A DNA stretch of 64,000 nt, taken from a virus. The notes under the pieces were generated by a model. The model searched no databases. It saw only the letters and a program-made list of their open reading frames with translations, and was not told the DNA's origin. This document shows positions 1 to 8,622 of the stretch, piece by piece. The stretch covers positions 64,001 to 128,000 of IMG/VR virus record IMGVR_UViG_3300014613_000001; one strand, given 5' to 3'. Every line of letters starts with the position of its first letter. Position 1 is the first letter of the stretch. A program made the translations under genes and the position numbers.

Positions 1-1422
1 CAAGCTGCGCAGGATGACAACGGCATCTACGTCGTGACCACGGTGGGCACCGGTGTCATCTTCCAGGTTCTGACCCGGGCCACCGACTTCGACGACGATG
101 CGGATGTGGTCTCCAACGTCACCTGCCGTGTCGAAGAGGGTGCCACCAACGCTCTCACCATGTGGTATCTCTCGACGGTCAACCCGATCGTCGTGGATAC
201 CACCAACCTGGTCTTCCTGAGCTCCCACGCTGCCGATCATATCGATGGAGCCCGGGACGCGATCGACGGTGACAACCTCGGCATCACCTGGGTTCCGGCC
301 ACCTACGCTCGTAACGCAGCTCCTGCTGAAGCAGCCAACGTCACTTCGTTGACCGCGCACCTTCGGGGTGTCGATGATCTGCTGACAACTCATGCGGCGA
401 CTCTCGCTGCTCGAGATCGGAAGGACAACGTCCGGTTGGCCACAGCCGCGGCCCTGGGCGCCTGTACCCCCACCGGCACCGGAGTCGGCAAGATCCTGAC
501 TCAAGATGCCGGAGCCGTTGAGGATATCGACGGCGTGGCGCTGGTGGTTGGCGACCGTATCTTGGTCAAAGATCAGGCGGCTCAGGATGACAACGGCATC
601 TACACGGTCACGGTCGTGGGTGATGCCACTCCCACTCAGCAGGTTCTGACCCGCGCAGTCGACGCCGACACGGATGCGAAGGTCACCGCGGGGATGTTCA
701 CCAGGGTCGAAGAGGGTACGGCCAACGCTGGTACCATCTGGTACCTCACCACGGTCAACCCGATCGTGTTGGATACGACCAACCTGGTTTTCTCCAACAT
801 CCCCAACCTGCACATGGCCACGCACCTTCCCGGTGGTGGCGATGCTCTGACCACGGCGGCCCCGGTCGATATCAGCGGAGCCAACGCCGAGGGTGCCGCG
901 GCCAGCTTCTCCCGGTCGAACCACGTCCATAAGCTGGCGCTCCTGAACTCCCACCTGGCTCACCAGATGATCGCGCCTTTCGGCGGCGTAGCGGCAGCGG
1001 CGGGCGCGATCAACGCGCGTCGGACCTTCGACTTCGATGATGGTCTCGGCGCCCCCGACGAGCAGATCTGCTGCGAAGGGATCATGCCAGAGCACTACAG
1101 CGGTGGGGACATCACCGTTGTGCTGACCTGGTATGGAACGGATGTGGCTCTCGGAGACGTCAAGTGGGATGTCTCCTGGGAGCGCATCGAGGCTGGGGTC
1201 CTGCTTCTCACTGGTGACAGCTTCGCCGGCGTGCAGACCTCGACTGTGACCCAGACGGCGATCAACGTGGCCCTGGAGACGCCGATCGTCTTCACGCAGG
1301 CTCAGGCTGACGGCATCGTCCCCGGCGACGCGTACCGGATTCTGATCATGCGTGATTCCAACGACGCCGGCGACACTTGCGTGGGCGATGTCGGTCTCCT
1401 TGCGGTCCACGTCTACCAGTAG
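1..1422 (+). CDS. Tail fibre/virion structural protein with repeated module (5' partial)
   Basis: The frame is open from base 1 (QAAQDDNGIY...). It has two copies of the module 'KDQ..QDDNGIY.V...VLTRA.D.D.DA.V...RVEEG..NA.T.WYL.TVNPIV.DTTNLVF' (about 1-216 and 574-792), typical of phage tail-fibre proteins. Confidence 0.6.
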   Translation, partial: QAAQDDNGIYVVTTVGTGVIFQVLTRATDFDDDADVVSNVTCRVEEGATNALTMWYLSTVNPIVVDTTNLVFLSSHAADHIDGARDAIDGDNLGITWVPATYARNAAPAEAANVTSLTAHLRGVDDLLTTHAATLAARDRKDNVRLATAAALGACTPTGTGVGKILTQDAGAVEDIDGVALVVGDRILVKDQAAQDDNGIYTVTVVGDATPTQQVLTRAVDADTDAKVTAGMFTRVEEGTANAGTIWYLTTVNPIVLDTTNLVFSNIPNLHMATHLPGGGDALTTAAPVDISGANAEGAAASFSRSNHVHKLALLNSHLAHQMIAPFGGVAAAAGAINARRTFDFDDGLGAPDEQICCEGIMPEHYSGGDITVVLTWYGTDVALGDVKWDVSWERIEAGVLLLTGDSFAGVQTSTVTQTAINVALETPIVFTQAQADGIVPGDAYRILIMRDSNDAGDTCVGDVGLLAVHVYQ

Positions 1423-1437
1423 GACTGAGGTTCCACC

Positions 1438-1897
1438 ATGATCGTTCACGACCAGCCTGTCGATCACGAAGACAGCGGAAGATCTCGCCTTGGCGGGTTC
1501 TTCACGCGTCTGATCAATAAGACCGGAGCCCCCTCGGTTATCGGTACGGTCGTCCGAGCATCCAAACTGCACGCTGAAGCGTTTGAGCTCGCCGGTGCCC
1601 AAGAGTATGACATGATCGGCATCGTTGCGGAGCTCGGCAAGAAGGACGGTGAGATGTGTTCGGTGTGCGTGTCGGGCAAGGTCTACGTCCTGCTGAAGGA
1701 TGGCACTGGCGACGATGGGGAACTGGGTGCGCACCTCCAACAGCGTGGCAGCTCGAGCAGATGCTACGTCAGCCGGTGTTCCTCATGCCCACCGCAACTT
1801 TGCGCAGGTCGAGACACTGCAAGAACTCGGGTACGCACTGGAGACAGTGGCGCCTGGTGTAAATGTCGTCTGCAAGATTCTGATGCCCGGTAAATGA
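1438..1897 (+). pseudogene. Small virion beta-protein apparently broken by a frameshift near 1709
   Basis: ORF 1438 reads protein-like up to VYVLLKDGT and then degenerates. The +1 frame (ORF 1700..1897) continues plausibly as ATMGNWVRTS...GYALETVAPGVNVVCKILMPGK. Confidence 0.45.
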
Positions 1898-1919
1898 CCA
1901 GGGGTGCTATCCTCGGTCT

Positions 1920-2438
1920 ATGATCCCACGTCTCTTGATCCTCATCCTGCTCTTTCTGCCTCAGACAGCCTCAGGCGAGTGTGCGCGCCAGGACTACGAC
2001 TCCAAGCAAGCTCCGGACTTCGACTGTCCTGGGCCGGAAGAGGAGGTGCTGACGCCAGATCTGCAGGCTCCACCGTCGATCCCTGTTCATCAGGATGAGG
2101 AGGTCGTGCCACAGTGGGATGGAGCTCTGGTGCACCGGGATCGTCTGGTGCTCATAGGATTGAAACTCCGGGCCGTACGCCAGATCCGCTGGGTTGAGCG
2201 GTTGAGGCTTTCTGAGCTCCATCAGATCGAGCTCGCCTATGTTCGAGAACAGAATGCCATCCGGGAAGAGCTGCTCGAGCGACAGGCTGTAGCTGCGAGG
2301 GAGAGAGCTCTTGCCGCCGAGTCGAGGACCGATCGGGCGCAGGCATGGTACCGATCTGTGTGGTTCGGTCTGATCTTGGGCTTTACGGCTGCGGCAGCCT
2401 TGGTCGTTGCTGCTGCGTACATTGTCACAGCGATTTGA
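1920..2438 (+). CDS. Membrane protein (signal peptide, coiled coil, C-terminal TM); possibly spanin-like/lysis-associated
   Basis: Hydrophobic N-terminus (LLILILLFLP), helical charged middle and C-terminal TM (VWFGLILGFTAAAALVVAAAYIVTAI). Confidence 0.45.
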   Translation: MIPRLLILILLFLPQTASGECARQDYDSKQAPDFDCPGPEEEVLTPDLQAPPSIPVHQDEEVVPQWDGALVHRDRLVLIGLKLRAVRQIRWVERLRLSELHQIELAYVREQNAIREELLERQAVAARERALAAESRTDRAQAWYRSVWFGLILGFTAAAALVVAAAYIVTAI

Positions 2439-2439
2439 T

Positions 2440-2879
2440 AGGTAGGCACGGCAGGTTTGTTAGATCTTTTCCTCTACCGTGGGGGGAATGGGCCTCAAGC
2501 GTTCAATGGTGTCTCCGTGATCATTGAGGATGAAGCCGCCGGTATTGAAGATGATGTTGTGCCATGAATTCTCACGTTCGAAGAAAACTCTGTGAGCGAT
2601 GAGTGTTGATTCTTCGACCTTGACCCCTGGCCCATAGTTCTCGTGCAGACTTTTCCAGCTTGGGTTACCCATGGGCGTGGCCCGTGGAGCGTGCGCACGG
2701 CCAGACTTGTCGATCTTTTCATAGGTCTCGTATGGCGGCTCGTCACCTCCGGGGTGGAAGGTCACCCTTGCCTCTCCGAAGTCGAGGTGTTGGATGTTGT
2801 CCCAGAGATGCCATGTGCCGGATTCGTCTTGAACTTTCAGAATCATGTCTACCTACCTTTCTACCTACCGTGCCTACCT
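2440..2879. repeat. Inverted repeat pair AGGTAGGCACGG(C/T)AGG
   Basis: 2440-2455 aggtaggcacggcagg versus the reverse complement of 2864-2879 aggtaggcacggtagg: 15/16 identical. Confidence 0.8.
2460..2846 (-). CDS. Hypothetical protein flanked by 16-bp inverted repeats
   Basis: 128-aa ORF with upstream AGGTAGG SD-like motifs. Inverted repeats lie at 2440-2455 and 2864-2879. Confidence 0.65.
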   Translation of the reverse strand: MILKVQDESGTWHLWDNIQHLDFGEARVTFHPGGDEPPYETYEKIDKSGRAHAPRATPMGNPSWKSLHENYGPGVKVEESTLIAHRVFFERENSWHNIIFNTGGFILNDHGDTIERLRPIPPTVEEKI

Positions 2880-2945
2880 GTTTTGCAGTATACTTGATCA
2901 GCAGTGTGATAGACAGCTAAGATTTGGTGCCCGGGGTGTTGGGCC

Positions 2946-2987
2946 AAAAGACGAGGCCGGGAGAGGTTGATTCCTCTTCCGGCCTCG
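2946..2987 (-). terminator. Intrinsic terminator ending the minus-strand replication block
   Basis: 15-bp stem CGAGGCCGGGAGAGG/CCTCTTCCGGCCTCG (2952-2987) with one non-Watson-Crick pair, 6-nt loop, followed by TCTTTT on the minus strand. Confidence 0.75.
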
Positions 2988-3013
2988 CCGTTTGGATGAG
3001 TCGAGGCGTTGGC

Positions 3014-3146
3014 GTCTGGGATCACTAAACCTCCCAGCTGGTGTTGTCGTCAGGATCGGCGTGTGGTCTGGGATCGCTAAACCTCCCAGCAGGTGTTGTC
3101 GCAGGATCTCAGAGTCTGAGATCAGTAAGCCTCTCAGCTGGCATTG
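3014..3146. repeat. Three tandem hairpin-containing repeats with covarying stem
   Basis: Units start at 3014, 3066 and 3114. Stems are CTGGGA/TCCCAG twice and CTGAGA/TCTCAG once, each with a 10-nt loop. Confidence 0.85.
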
Positions 3147-3479
3147 ATAGGAGGTCGATGGCTGTACGGCATCTTCTCCCCTTCTTATCGTGTCGACGGC
3201 GCAGATGAAAGGAGCAAAATTCTCGCCGCGAAAAGGGAGCTGATGCCGTACAGACATCTTCCTCGTTCAGATCACTTATACCACAGATTCTATGAATTTA
3301 GCGATCTCTGCAGCAGACATGAGGAGGGTGTGCCGATTTTTGATCGGGTCAGGCGTGACCAAGAGTCCTGCCTCGGTGCATAGGTCAGAGATCAACTTGT
3401 CGTCGAGGCCCTCGAGTTGGACCTTGAGCACTTGATCCAGTACCCCTATGCGCCGAACCCGCGGCGCGCTCTCGTTGGT

Positions 3480-4190
3480 TCACTTCGAACTCTTCGCGAC
3501 ATCGGGCCTGGCGAGTTTCTTGGCGATGGCCAGGATCTTCATGAACCCGGGAATCGGTGTCGTCTCGAAGAGGACGGCCCAGGCGCGTATCGCTGTCTCC
3601 TTGTGTTCCACGACGATGGCTTTGATGTCCTTGAGCTCGTCGTGGACGTCGAGGAGGAGACCAGCGACTTCAGTCATGAGATCGACAAGGCGGTCGATCT
3701 TCTCCTCGGCGCTGGAGATCTCGTCGCTCGAGGTCGGAGGGTCGCGGAACTGCATGCCGTCGGAGCGGTCTTCGGGCTCGAGATCGTGGCTGCTGAGAAT
3801 GTCCTCGAGACCCAGCTCTCTGGCAAGATCTTCGGTCTCGTCCCCATCCGTTTCCACTTCTGGCTCCGGATCTGGTTCTGGATCAGGCTCCGGATCGGGA
3901 TCGGGCTTGACCTTGTTTCGGTCGTTTTTCTTCGGGCGTGATCGCTTCTTGGTGGTCTCAGGAGCTTCGTCTGGGTTGACGGGAGCTCCGGCCGGCCGCC
4001 ATCCTGCGTCGTACTTCTCGAGGATGAGCTCGATCATCTTCTCGGGGCCGTCGACCTCGGCGGCTCGCATCACGGATACGTCGACCCCAGCCTTGGTGGT
4101 TCCTATCCAGGCGAGTCTTCTGGTACTCGAGGTGAGAAGCTGTTGTTTGTACACTTCACGCTCGACCTGATCATCAGTCTTTGTAGCCAT
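3480..4190 (-). CDS. Hypothetical acidic protein with (PD/PE)n linker
   Basis: 236-aa ORF with a PDPDPEPDPEPDPEPE tract, abutting its neighbours. Confidence 0.7.
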   Translation of the reverse strand: MATKTDDQVEREVYKQQLLTSSTRRLAWIGTTKAGVDVSVMRAAEVDGPEKMIELILEKYDAGWRPAGAPVNPDEAPETTKKRSRPKKNDRNKVKPDPDPEPDPEPDPEPEVETDGDETEDLARELGLEDILSSHDLEPEDRSDGMQFRDPPTSSDEISSAEEKIDRLVDLMTEVAGLLLDVHDELKDIKAIVVEHKETAIRAWAVLFETTPIPGFMKILAIAKKLARPDVAKSSK

Positions 4191-4584
4191 CTTCTCTTAC
4201 TGCCTTTCCTACGATGGAGTTGTTGTTGTAACAACATAGTACTTCTGAGTCATGCTTGTTGTGACACTGGCAGTCACAACCCGCAAGTAGTTGGTCTCTA
4301 ATTGTGTGCCTGCGCGTTTCTATAAACCAGAGTAGTCGTCTTCGCAGGTAGTCGAGTGGGTGCCAGACATCAGGCGTTTCGCCCCGGATGTCGCTCTGAA
4401 GAAGGTCTACGAGTTCGTTGTAATCCTGCCCCCTGTGCGCTCTGACGCCACGAAGGTTGAGAATCTCGACGAGCTCTGAGGAGTTCATCAGTAGTAGATC
4501 TTCGTCATAGATCGGAAGCGTACGGTTACGTATTTGCTCGTCCCAGTCGACCTTGTTCCAGCCCCAGCGTTTTCGGTTGCCCAT
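4174..4584 (-). CDS. Hypothetical protein (C-terminal CxCxC-H cluster)
   Basis: 136-aa ORF in the operon, containing GCDCQCHNKH. Confidence 0.7.
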   Translation of the reverse strand: MGNRKRWGWNKVDWDEQIRNRTLPIYDEDLLLMNSSELVEILNLRGVRAHRGQDYNELVDLLQSDIRGETPDVWHPLDYLRRRLLWFIETRRHTIRDQLLAGCDCQCHNKHDSEVLCCYNNNSIVGKAVREDGYKD

Positions 4585-4591
4585 GCTGTCC

Positions 4592-5011
4592 TCAGAATGC
4601 GCATTCCATGATCCGGACTTCGATTCGTGGATTATCGGGGTCGCACAGCTTGGTCACTAGCTTCTCCATGATATGGCTGTCGTCGACGCCGATTGCACCC
4701 ATGAATGAGTCGATGGTCAGCTTTTCTCTGTTTTGTGCATCAACCTTCTTGAACCTCCTTTTCGTCTTCGTGGTCTCGTTGGGGTTCCAACTCTTGTTCT
4801 CTATGGCGGTGAAGAACACTGCGAGCTCAATTCGGTAGGCTACGTCTTGACGGAAGTGTAGGCCAGATTGCCTCAACGCGGCGGTGCTGACAATGTCACT
4901 CACCTTTTTTTGAAACTGGCTCGCTTCCTTCGACAGCTTCCGCACTCCGTTACTGAGCGTAACATAGATCTTGTTGTCGGAGGGTGCCATGGGTAGGTCA
5001 ACTGTGAACAT
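4592..5011 (-). CDS. rusA: RusA-like Holliday junction resolvase
   Basis: N-terminal LPMAPSDN, core D..N..K...D......VDD..I and C-terminal PRIEVRI match the RusA family pattern. Confidence 0.8.
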   Translation of the reverse strand: MFTVDLPMAPSDNKIYVTLSNGVRKLSKEASQFQKKVSDIVSTAALRQSGLHFRQDVAYRIELAVFFTAIENKSWNPNETTKTKRRFKKVDAQNREKLTIDSFMGAIGVDDSHIMEKLVTKLCDPDNPRIEVRIMECAF

Positions 5012-5014
5012 TCT

Positions 5015-5653
5015 TTATCTTCCCCGCTCTCTTCTATCGCGGAATTCAGGGGGGTCGCTGTCTCGGAATTCGGGGGCTCCTCGACCCTTTCTCATGTTCT
5101 GGACGTTATGGGTTCGCCGAACACCGTCGATTTCTCGTGTACGGATTTCGATGTATCTCGAGACCACCTTTCGTTGATTGGTCAGCCCTTCGAGGGCTTG
5201 TTGAAGAGATCGTGCCGTCCCCTTCTGTACGAGGAACTCTTGGTGCGCTCGGACGTAGCGTGGATCTCCTTGGGCCTTGTCTGCTCTACCAGCAACGGGC
5301 CCTCCCGCTTCGTCTTTCAGTCGTGACATCAGGTGCTTGGATTCGGCTTCCATTGCCTGAGCTTGGGTCTCATGAAGAGCGAGCTGCTCCCCGATGAAGT
5401 CTTCCCACACAGAGAATTCACCCTGTATGTCGCCAAGCTCCGCGTCAGACATCTGGCTAACGGGTCCGCGGAGTCGTGGCCTTTCCATATTTGGTCGCCT
5501 CCTTGGGGTGATGCCGAGCTCCTGAAGATTGCGGACAACTTCGCTGCGGACAGAGCGGTAGAGGTCTCGGGCTCCTTCATAGTTTGTCAGGAGGGCGTCG
5601 AATCGGGCCAAGTTGACGCTGCTTCCGCGCCGTTCCTCGTCTTCTTCAGACAT
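5015..5653 (-). CDS. Coiled-coil protein, possibly a UvsY-like recombination mediator
   Basis: Long heptad-rich helices with 'DPRY', located in the RecA/resolvase module. Function is inferred only from context. Confidence 0.35.
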   Translation of the reverse strand: MSEEDEERRGSSVNLARFDALLTNYEGARDLYRSVRSEVVRNLQELGITPRRRPNMERPRLRGPVSQMSDAELGDIQGEFSVWEDFIGEQLALHETQAQAMEAESKHLMSRLKDEAGGPVAGRADKAQGDPRYVRAHQEFLVQKGTARSLQQALEGLTNQRKVVSRYIEIRTREIDGVRRTHNVQNMRKGRGAPEFRDSDPPEFRDRRERGR

Positions 5654-5654
5654 T

Positions 5655-6497
5655 TTACACCTTCAGTGCTCCGCGGCTATGCTGCCGCGGTTTGAGCGGA
5701 GGATCACATTCCTCAAAGAATTTACACCATCGGCATGACTTTCCAGGGCTACGCATCGGGATCTTGTACGTCTTCGCCACCTCGAGGATTTTTCTCAACC
5801 GTTGTTCGATCGGGGACCATGTGGCCTGACGGAATGGGACGAGGAAGTTCCTCATGAGCGAGGTGTCTTTGTTGTAGTACAGGATGCACGAGAGTGGAAC
5901 ATCAAGCGCCCACATGTAAGCCAGGGTCTGCTTGACGTAGGAGGAGTTGGGAGTTCGTCGGAGGGAGGAAAAGGCCGACGCCGACGCCGACTTGTAATCG
6001 AAGATCGCGCGAAGGTCGATTACAACCTTTTCTCCGTTGAACTGAAGACGGAGTAGCCGTTCGACATATCCGTCTGTACTTCCGCCAAGATGCAGATCTT
6101 GCGCGTGCTCGCTGTCCTTGGACACTGCGACCTCGTGGTCGTAGAAGAAGCCTTTCCGCTCGGCTAGTGTGTGTTGGTAGTACTGTAGCTGTTCATGGAT
6201 GACCGTCCCTGTGTCAAAGATCAACAGCTTCTGCGCGTTGAGCTTCTCCGTTTCGGGAGCCCCAACCAGTTCGTAGAAGAGAAATCGGTCGCAGGGGTTG
6301 GTCAGCGACGACGGGTGAAACACACAGCTCGTTCGCTGAACACCCCAATCGAGCACCGTTGTGTGGCGCATCGGGTTGTTTCCCAAGTGCCCGACGTGTT
6401 CCTCGATTTCGCTGCACACGTTCCAGCTCAGGAGGATGTCCAGTACACCTGGGTTTGCTTCCAGATCAGCCCGAGTTCGTAGCTTGATTTTTTTCAT
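5655..6497 (-). CDS. Cas4-like PD-(D/E)XK exonuclease with 4-Cys cluster
   Basis: HPSSL..PCDR, GTVIH, GSTDG, DYKS, QTLAY and C-terminal CRWC.....C. Start assigned to MKKIKL (6497), which has a GAGGGAG SD. Confidence 0.8.
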   Translation of the reverse strand: MKKIKLRTRADLEANPGVLDILLSWNVCSEIEEHVGHLGNNPMRHTTVLDWGVQRTSCVFHPSSLTNPCDRFLFYELVGAPETEKLNAQKLLIFDTGTVIHEQLQYYQHTLAERKGFFYDHEVAVSKDSEHAQDLHLGGSTDGYVERLLRLQFNGEKVVIDLRAIFDYKSASASAFSSLRRTPNSSYVKQTLAYMWALDVPLSCILYYNKDTSLMRNFLVPFRQATWSPIEQRLRKILEVAKTYKIPMRSPGKSCRWCKFFEECDPPLKPRQHSRGALKV

Positions 6498-7041
6498 GTA
6501 CTCCCTCGATGAAGTCGCTCCACAGCATGACTGCGAGTTCGGTACCGTCGGATAGGCCAACCTTGATCACGGCTTTGCGCCCCGTCTGTGCTGCCTGGCC
6601 GACTGCTTTTCCAACCGTGGCTCGACTGAGCTTGTATTCCTTTCCTGTTGATCCTTTGTCCTCCACCATCCAGTGCTCGTCTCGAGCATCACCTTTTTCG
6701 GTCCCTGATCCAGAGCCTGGGGTTCGTTTTCCGCAGATCTGTTCTGCGGCAGTACGCTCCCGCTGTTGAGACACTCGTACCTTGCGGCGCCCGGCGCTGG
6801 AGGGTTCGACGTCGATGACATCTCGGATGCGGATGTCGGTTCGGAGCTCGACGTGTGGGTGACCAACGCTCGTATTTCCACGCATCAGGAAGAGACAGAA
6901 CAGACAGCCCACCGCAGTCTTGCGCCTTTTGTCATCCAGTCCGTTGACGGCGACTGTGAGGCTGTACACGTAGCCAGCTCGAGCGCAGACCGGACAGACG
7001 TCAACGGTCTGAACGACCAGGGCTACAGCTTGTGTAGGCAT
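6466..7041 (-). CDS. Zn-finger plus Hjc-like PD-(D/E)XK resolvase/endonuclease
   Basis: N-terminal CPVC...CLFC, then SQQRE.....GKRTPGSGS...KGD......VEDK typical of small phage resolvase-like nucleases. ATG at 7041 has a GGAGG SD. Confidence 0.6.
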   Translation of the reverse strand: MPTQAVALVVQTVDVCPVCARAGYVYSLTVAVNGLDDKRRKTAVGCLFCLFLMRGNTSVGHPHVELRTDIRIRDVIDVEPSSAGRRKVRVSQQRERTAAEQICGKRTPGSGSGTEKGDARDEHWMVEDKGSTGKEYKLSRATVGKAVGQAAQTGRKAVIKVGLSDGTELAVMLWSDFIEGVHEKNQATNSG

Positions 7042-8280
7042 GAGACCTCCGCATGCTTCAGGCACGCATAGTACAGCTTCCAGAAGAGCTCTACGTCTGT
7101 GTGAAGCAGGTCTACGAGGGCGGATCCGTAGGGACCCCACGGCGCGTCATCCAAGAGCACTTCGCCCACGTCATCCACGAGTGTTGAGACTTTCGCCTTG
7201 TCTTCGTGGAGGATGAGCCCAAATCGCTTTGCGGTGATGAACAGATCAGAAGCGTGGTCAAAGCCGGTGTCAAAGTAGTACTTCAGCTCGCCGCGGCCTC
7301 CTTCATGGCATCCGGCCTTGCCCTTGCTGATGTGGTACTTGGCGACCTTACCGAGTTGCGGAAGACCCTCTGCCGGGATGTGATCACCTGACGTGAGCGT
7401 GATATCCAGGAGCTTTCCGTGTCGGATTGCATGTGGAGAGGCGTCTCCCCACTCGCGCATCTTCCGCGTTCGGTTCATACGCGATCGGACCTGATTCGTC
7501 ATGATCAATGTGGTGAGGTTCAGCGTACCCCGTTTTGGACTTGTGAGATACGGATACGCTTTGCGCATGAACTCGCTGAGCATGAAGGCAGTAGCGGCCT
7601 GCTTCGGCTCCTTGTCGAGCATGGTCTTCATGCGGTACTCAGTCGACGCCGCACCGAGGCTGTCGATGACGATGACCTGACAGTAGTTCTGCGCGAGCAG
7701 CTCGAGGACGCCCTCGAGACGTTGCTCATGGGTCCCGTCTCCGAAGACGAAGAATTCTCCGAGCTCGACCTTTCGTCTTTCGATCTCGAGCTCTGCCAGC
7801 GGGGGGAGCCCCCGCCTTTCAAGAAGTGCATCCTCGAACCTGAGATCCAGATCGGAGGAGGGCACGATGACACCTTGGATGCGAAGATGTTGCTTGTCGA
7901 TGGGGTGCTCGAGGCAGCACCATCCGATGCGCGAGTCTTGACCGTAGATCTCCTGGCAGGTAGAGACAACCTGCGCAGCCAGTGCATCCTTTCCAGCTCC
8001 AGCAGGGCCGTCAATCTGAGTGATACCACCGGCCGGCAGTCCCCCTCCGATGTCGCAGTCGATAGACGCAAGGCCGGTCGGGCGACGAAGGAGGAACGGG
8101 TTGGCCGCGTCGCGACCGAATCTGATAACGTCTCTCTTGTTTTTGTACCCCTCGTTGATCTTCTTGTTGATATAGGCTACGACCTCTTTGGCGGACAGAG
8201 GCGGAACCTCTTCATCAAAGAATCCGAGATCACTTGGGTCTCGGGGCTTTGAGTCTGTCGTGTCTTTCTTTTTTGCCATG
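7023..8280 (-). CDS. recA: RecA/UvsX-like recombinase
   Basis: TGLASID..IGGGLPAG.I..I.GPAGAGK, VIVIDSL, IMTNQVR and GDASPH match RecA. Likely start MAKKKD near 8280. Confidence 0.9.
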
Positions 8281-8622
8281 TCAGCCCCGTTTGTCGCAGC
8301 GGCTTGGATTTTTGTGATAGTGCAGCTTGACCGACACCTGCAGGTCAACCTTCGCGAGGGCCGGCAGGGGCCAGCCGGCGATAGGTTTTCCGGGGAGAGC
8401 GAGACCCATGTTGATACTTCGTAAGATCATCTTGCAGGCCGCTGTCAGTAGTTGCTCGAGGATCGTCTCGGCTTCAGCACGGTCCATGGCCATATGAAGG
8501 ACCATATCCCGAGGCCCCCATGATGGGCCGGTATCCGCTTCGATCAGCACCGGGTCATCGTCAAGAAGAGGAGCGGCCCACTTCTTATCGTGTGGCCAGT
8601 TACCTTTGTAGATTATGCTCAT
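8281..8622 (-). CDS. Hypothetical protein
   Basis: 113-aa ORF overlapping the HU-like gene stop and abutting recA. Confidence 0.6.
   Translation of the reverse strand: MSIIYKGNWPHDKKWAAPLLDDDPVLIEADTGPSWGPRDMVLHMAMDRAEAETILEQLLTAACKMILRSINMGLALPGKPIAGWPLPALAKVDLQVSVKLHYHKNPSRCDKRG

Noticed and set aside
3014-3146. Triple repeat as a second, degenerate CRISPR array
   Set aside because: The units are separated by only 5-8 nt, there are no unique spacers, and the sequence is unrelated to the I-E repeat.
3860-3910. gatccgga/ccgatc-type tandem repeat
   Set aside because: It is explained by the low-complexity PDPEPDPE linker of ORF 3480..4190.
5655-6497. Cas4-like gene as evidence of a phage cas operon
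   Set aside because: No cas1, cas2, cas3, cas5, cas6 or cas7 neighbours; it sits 17 kb from the array in a recombination module.
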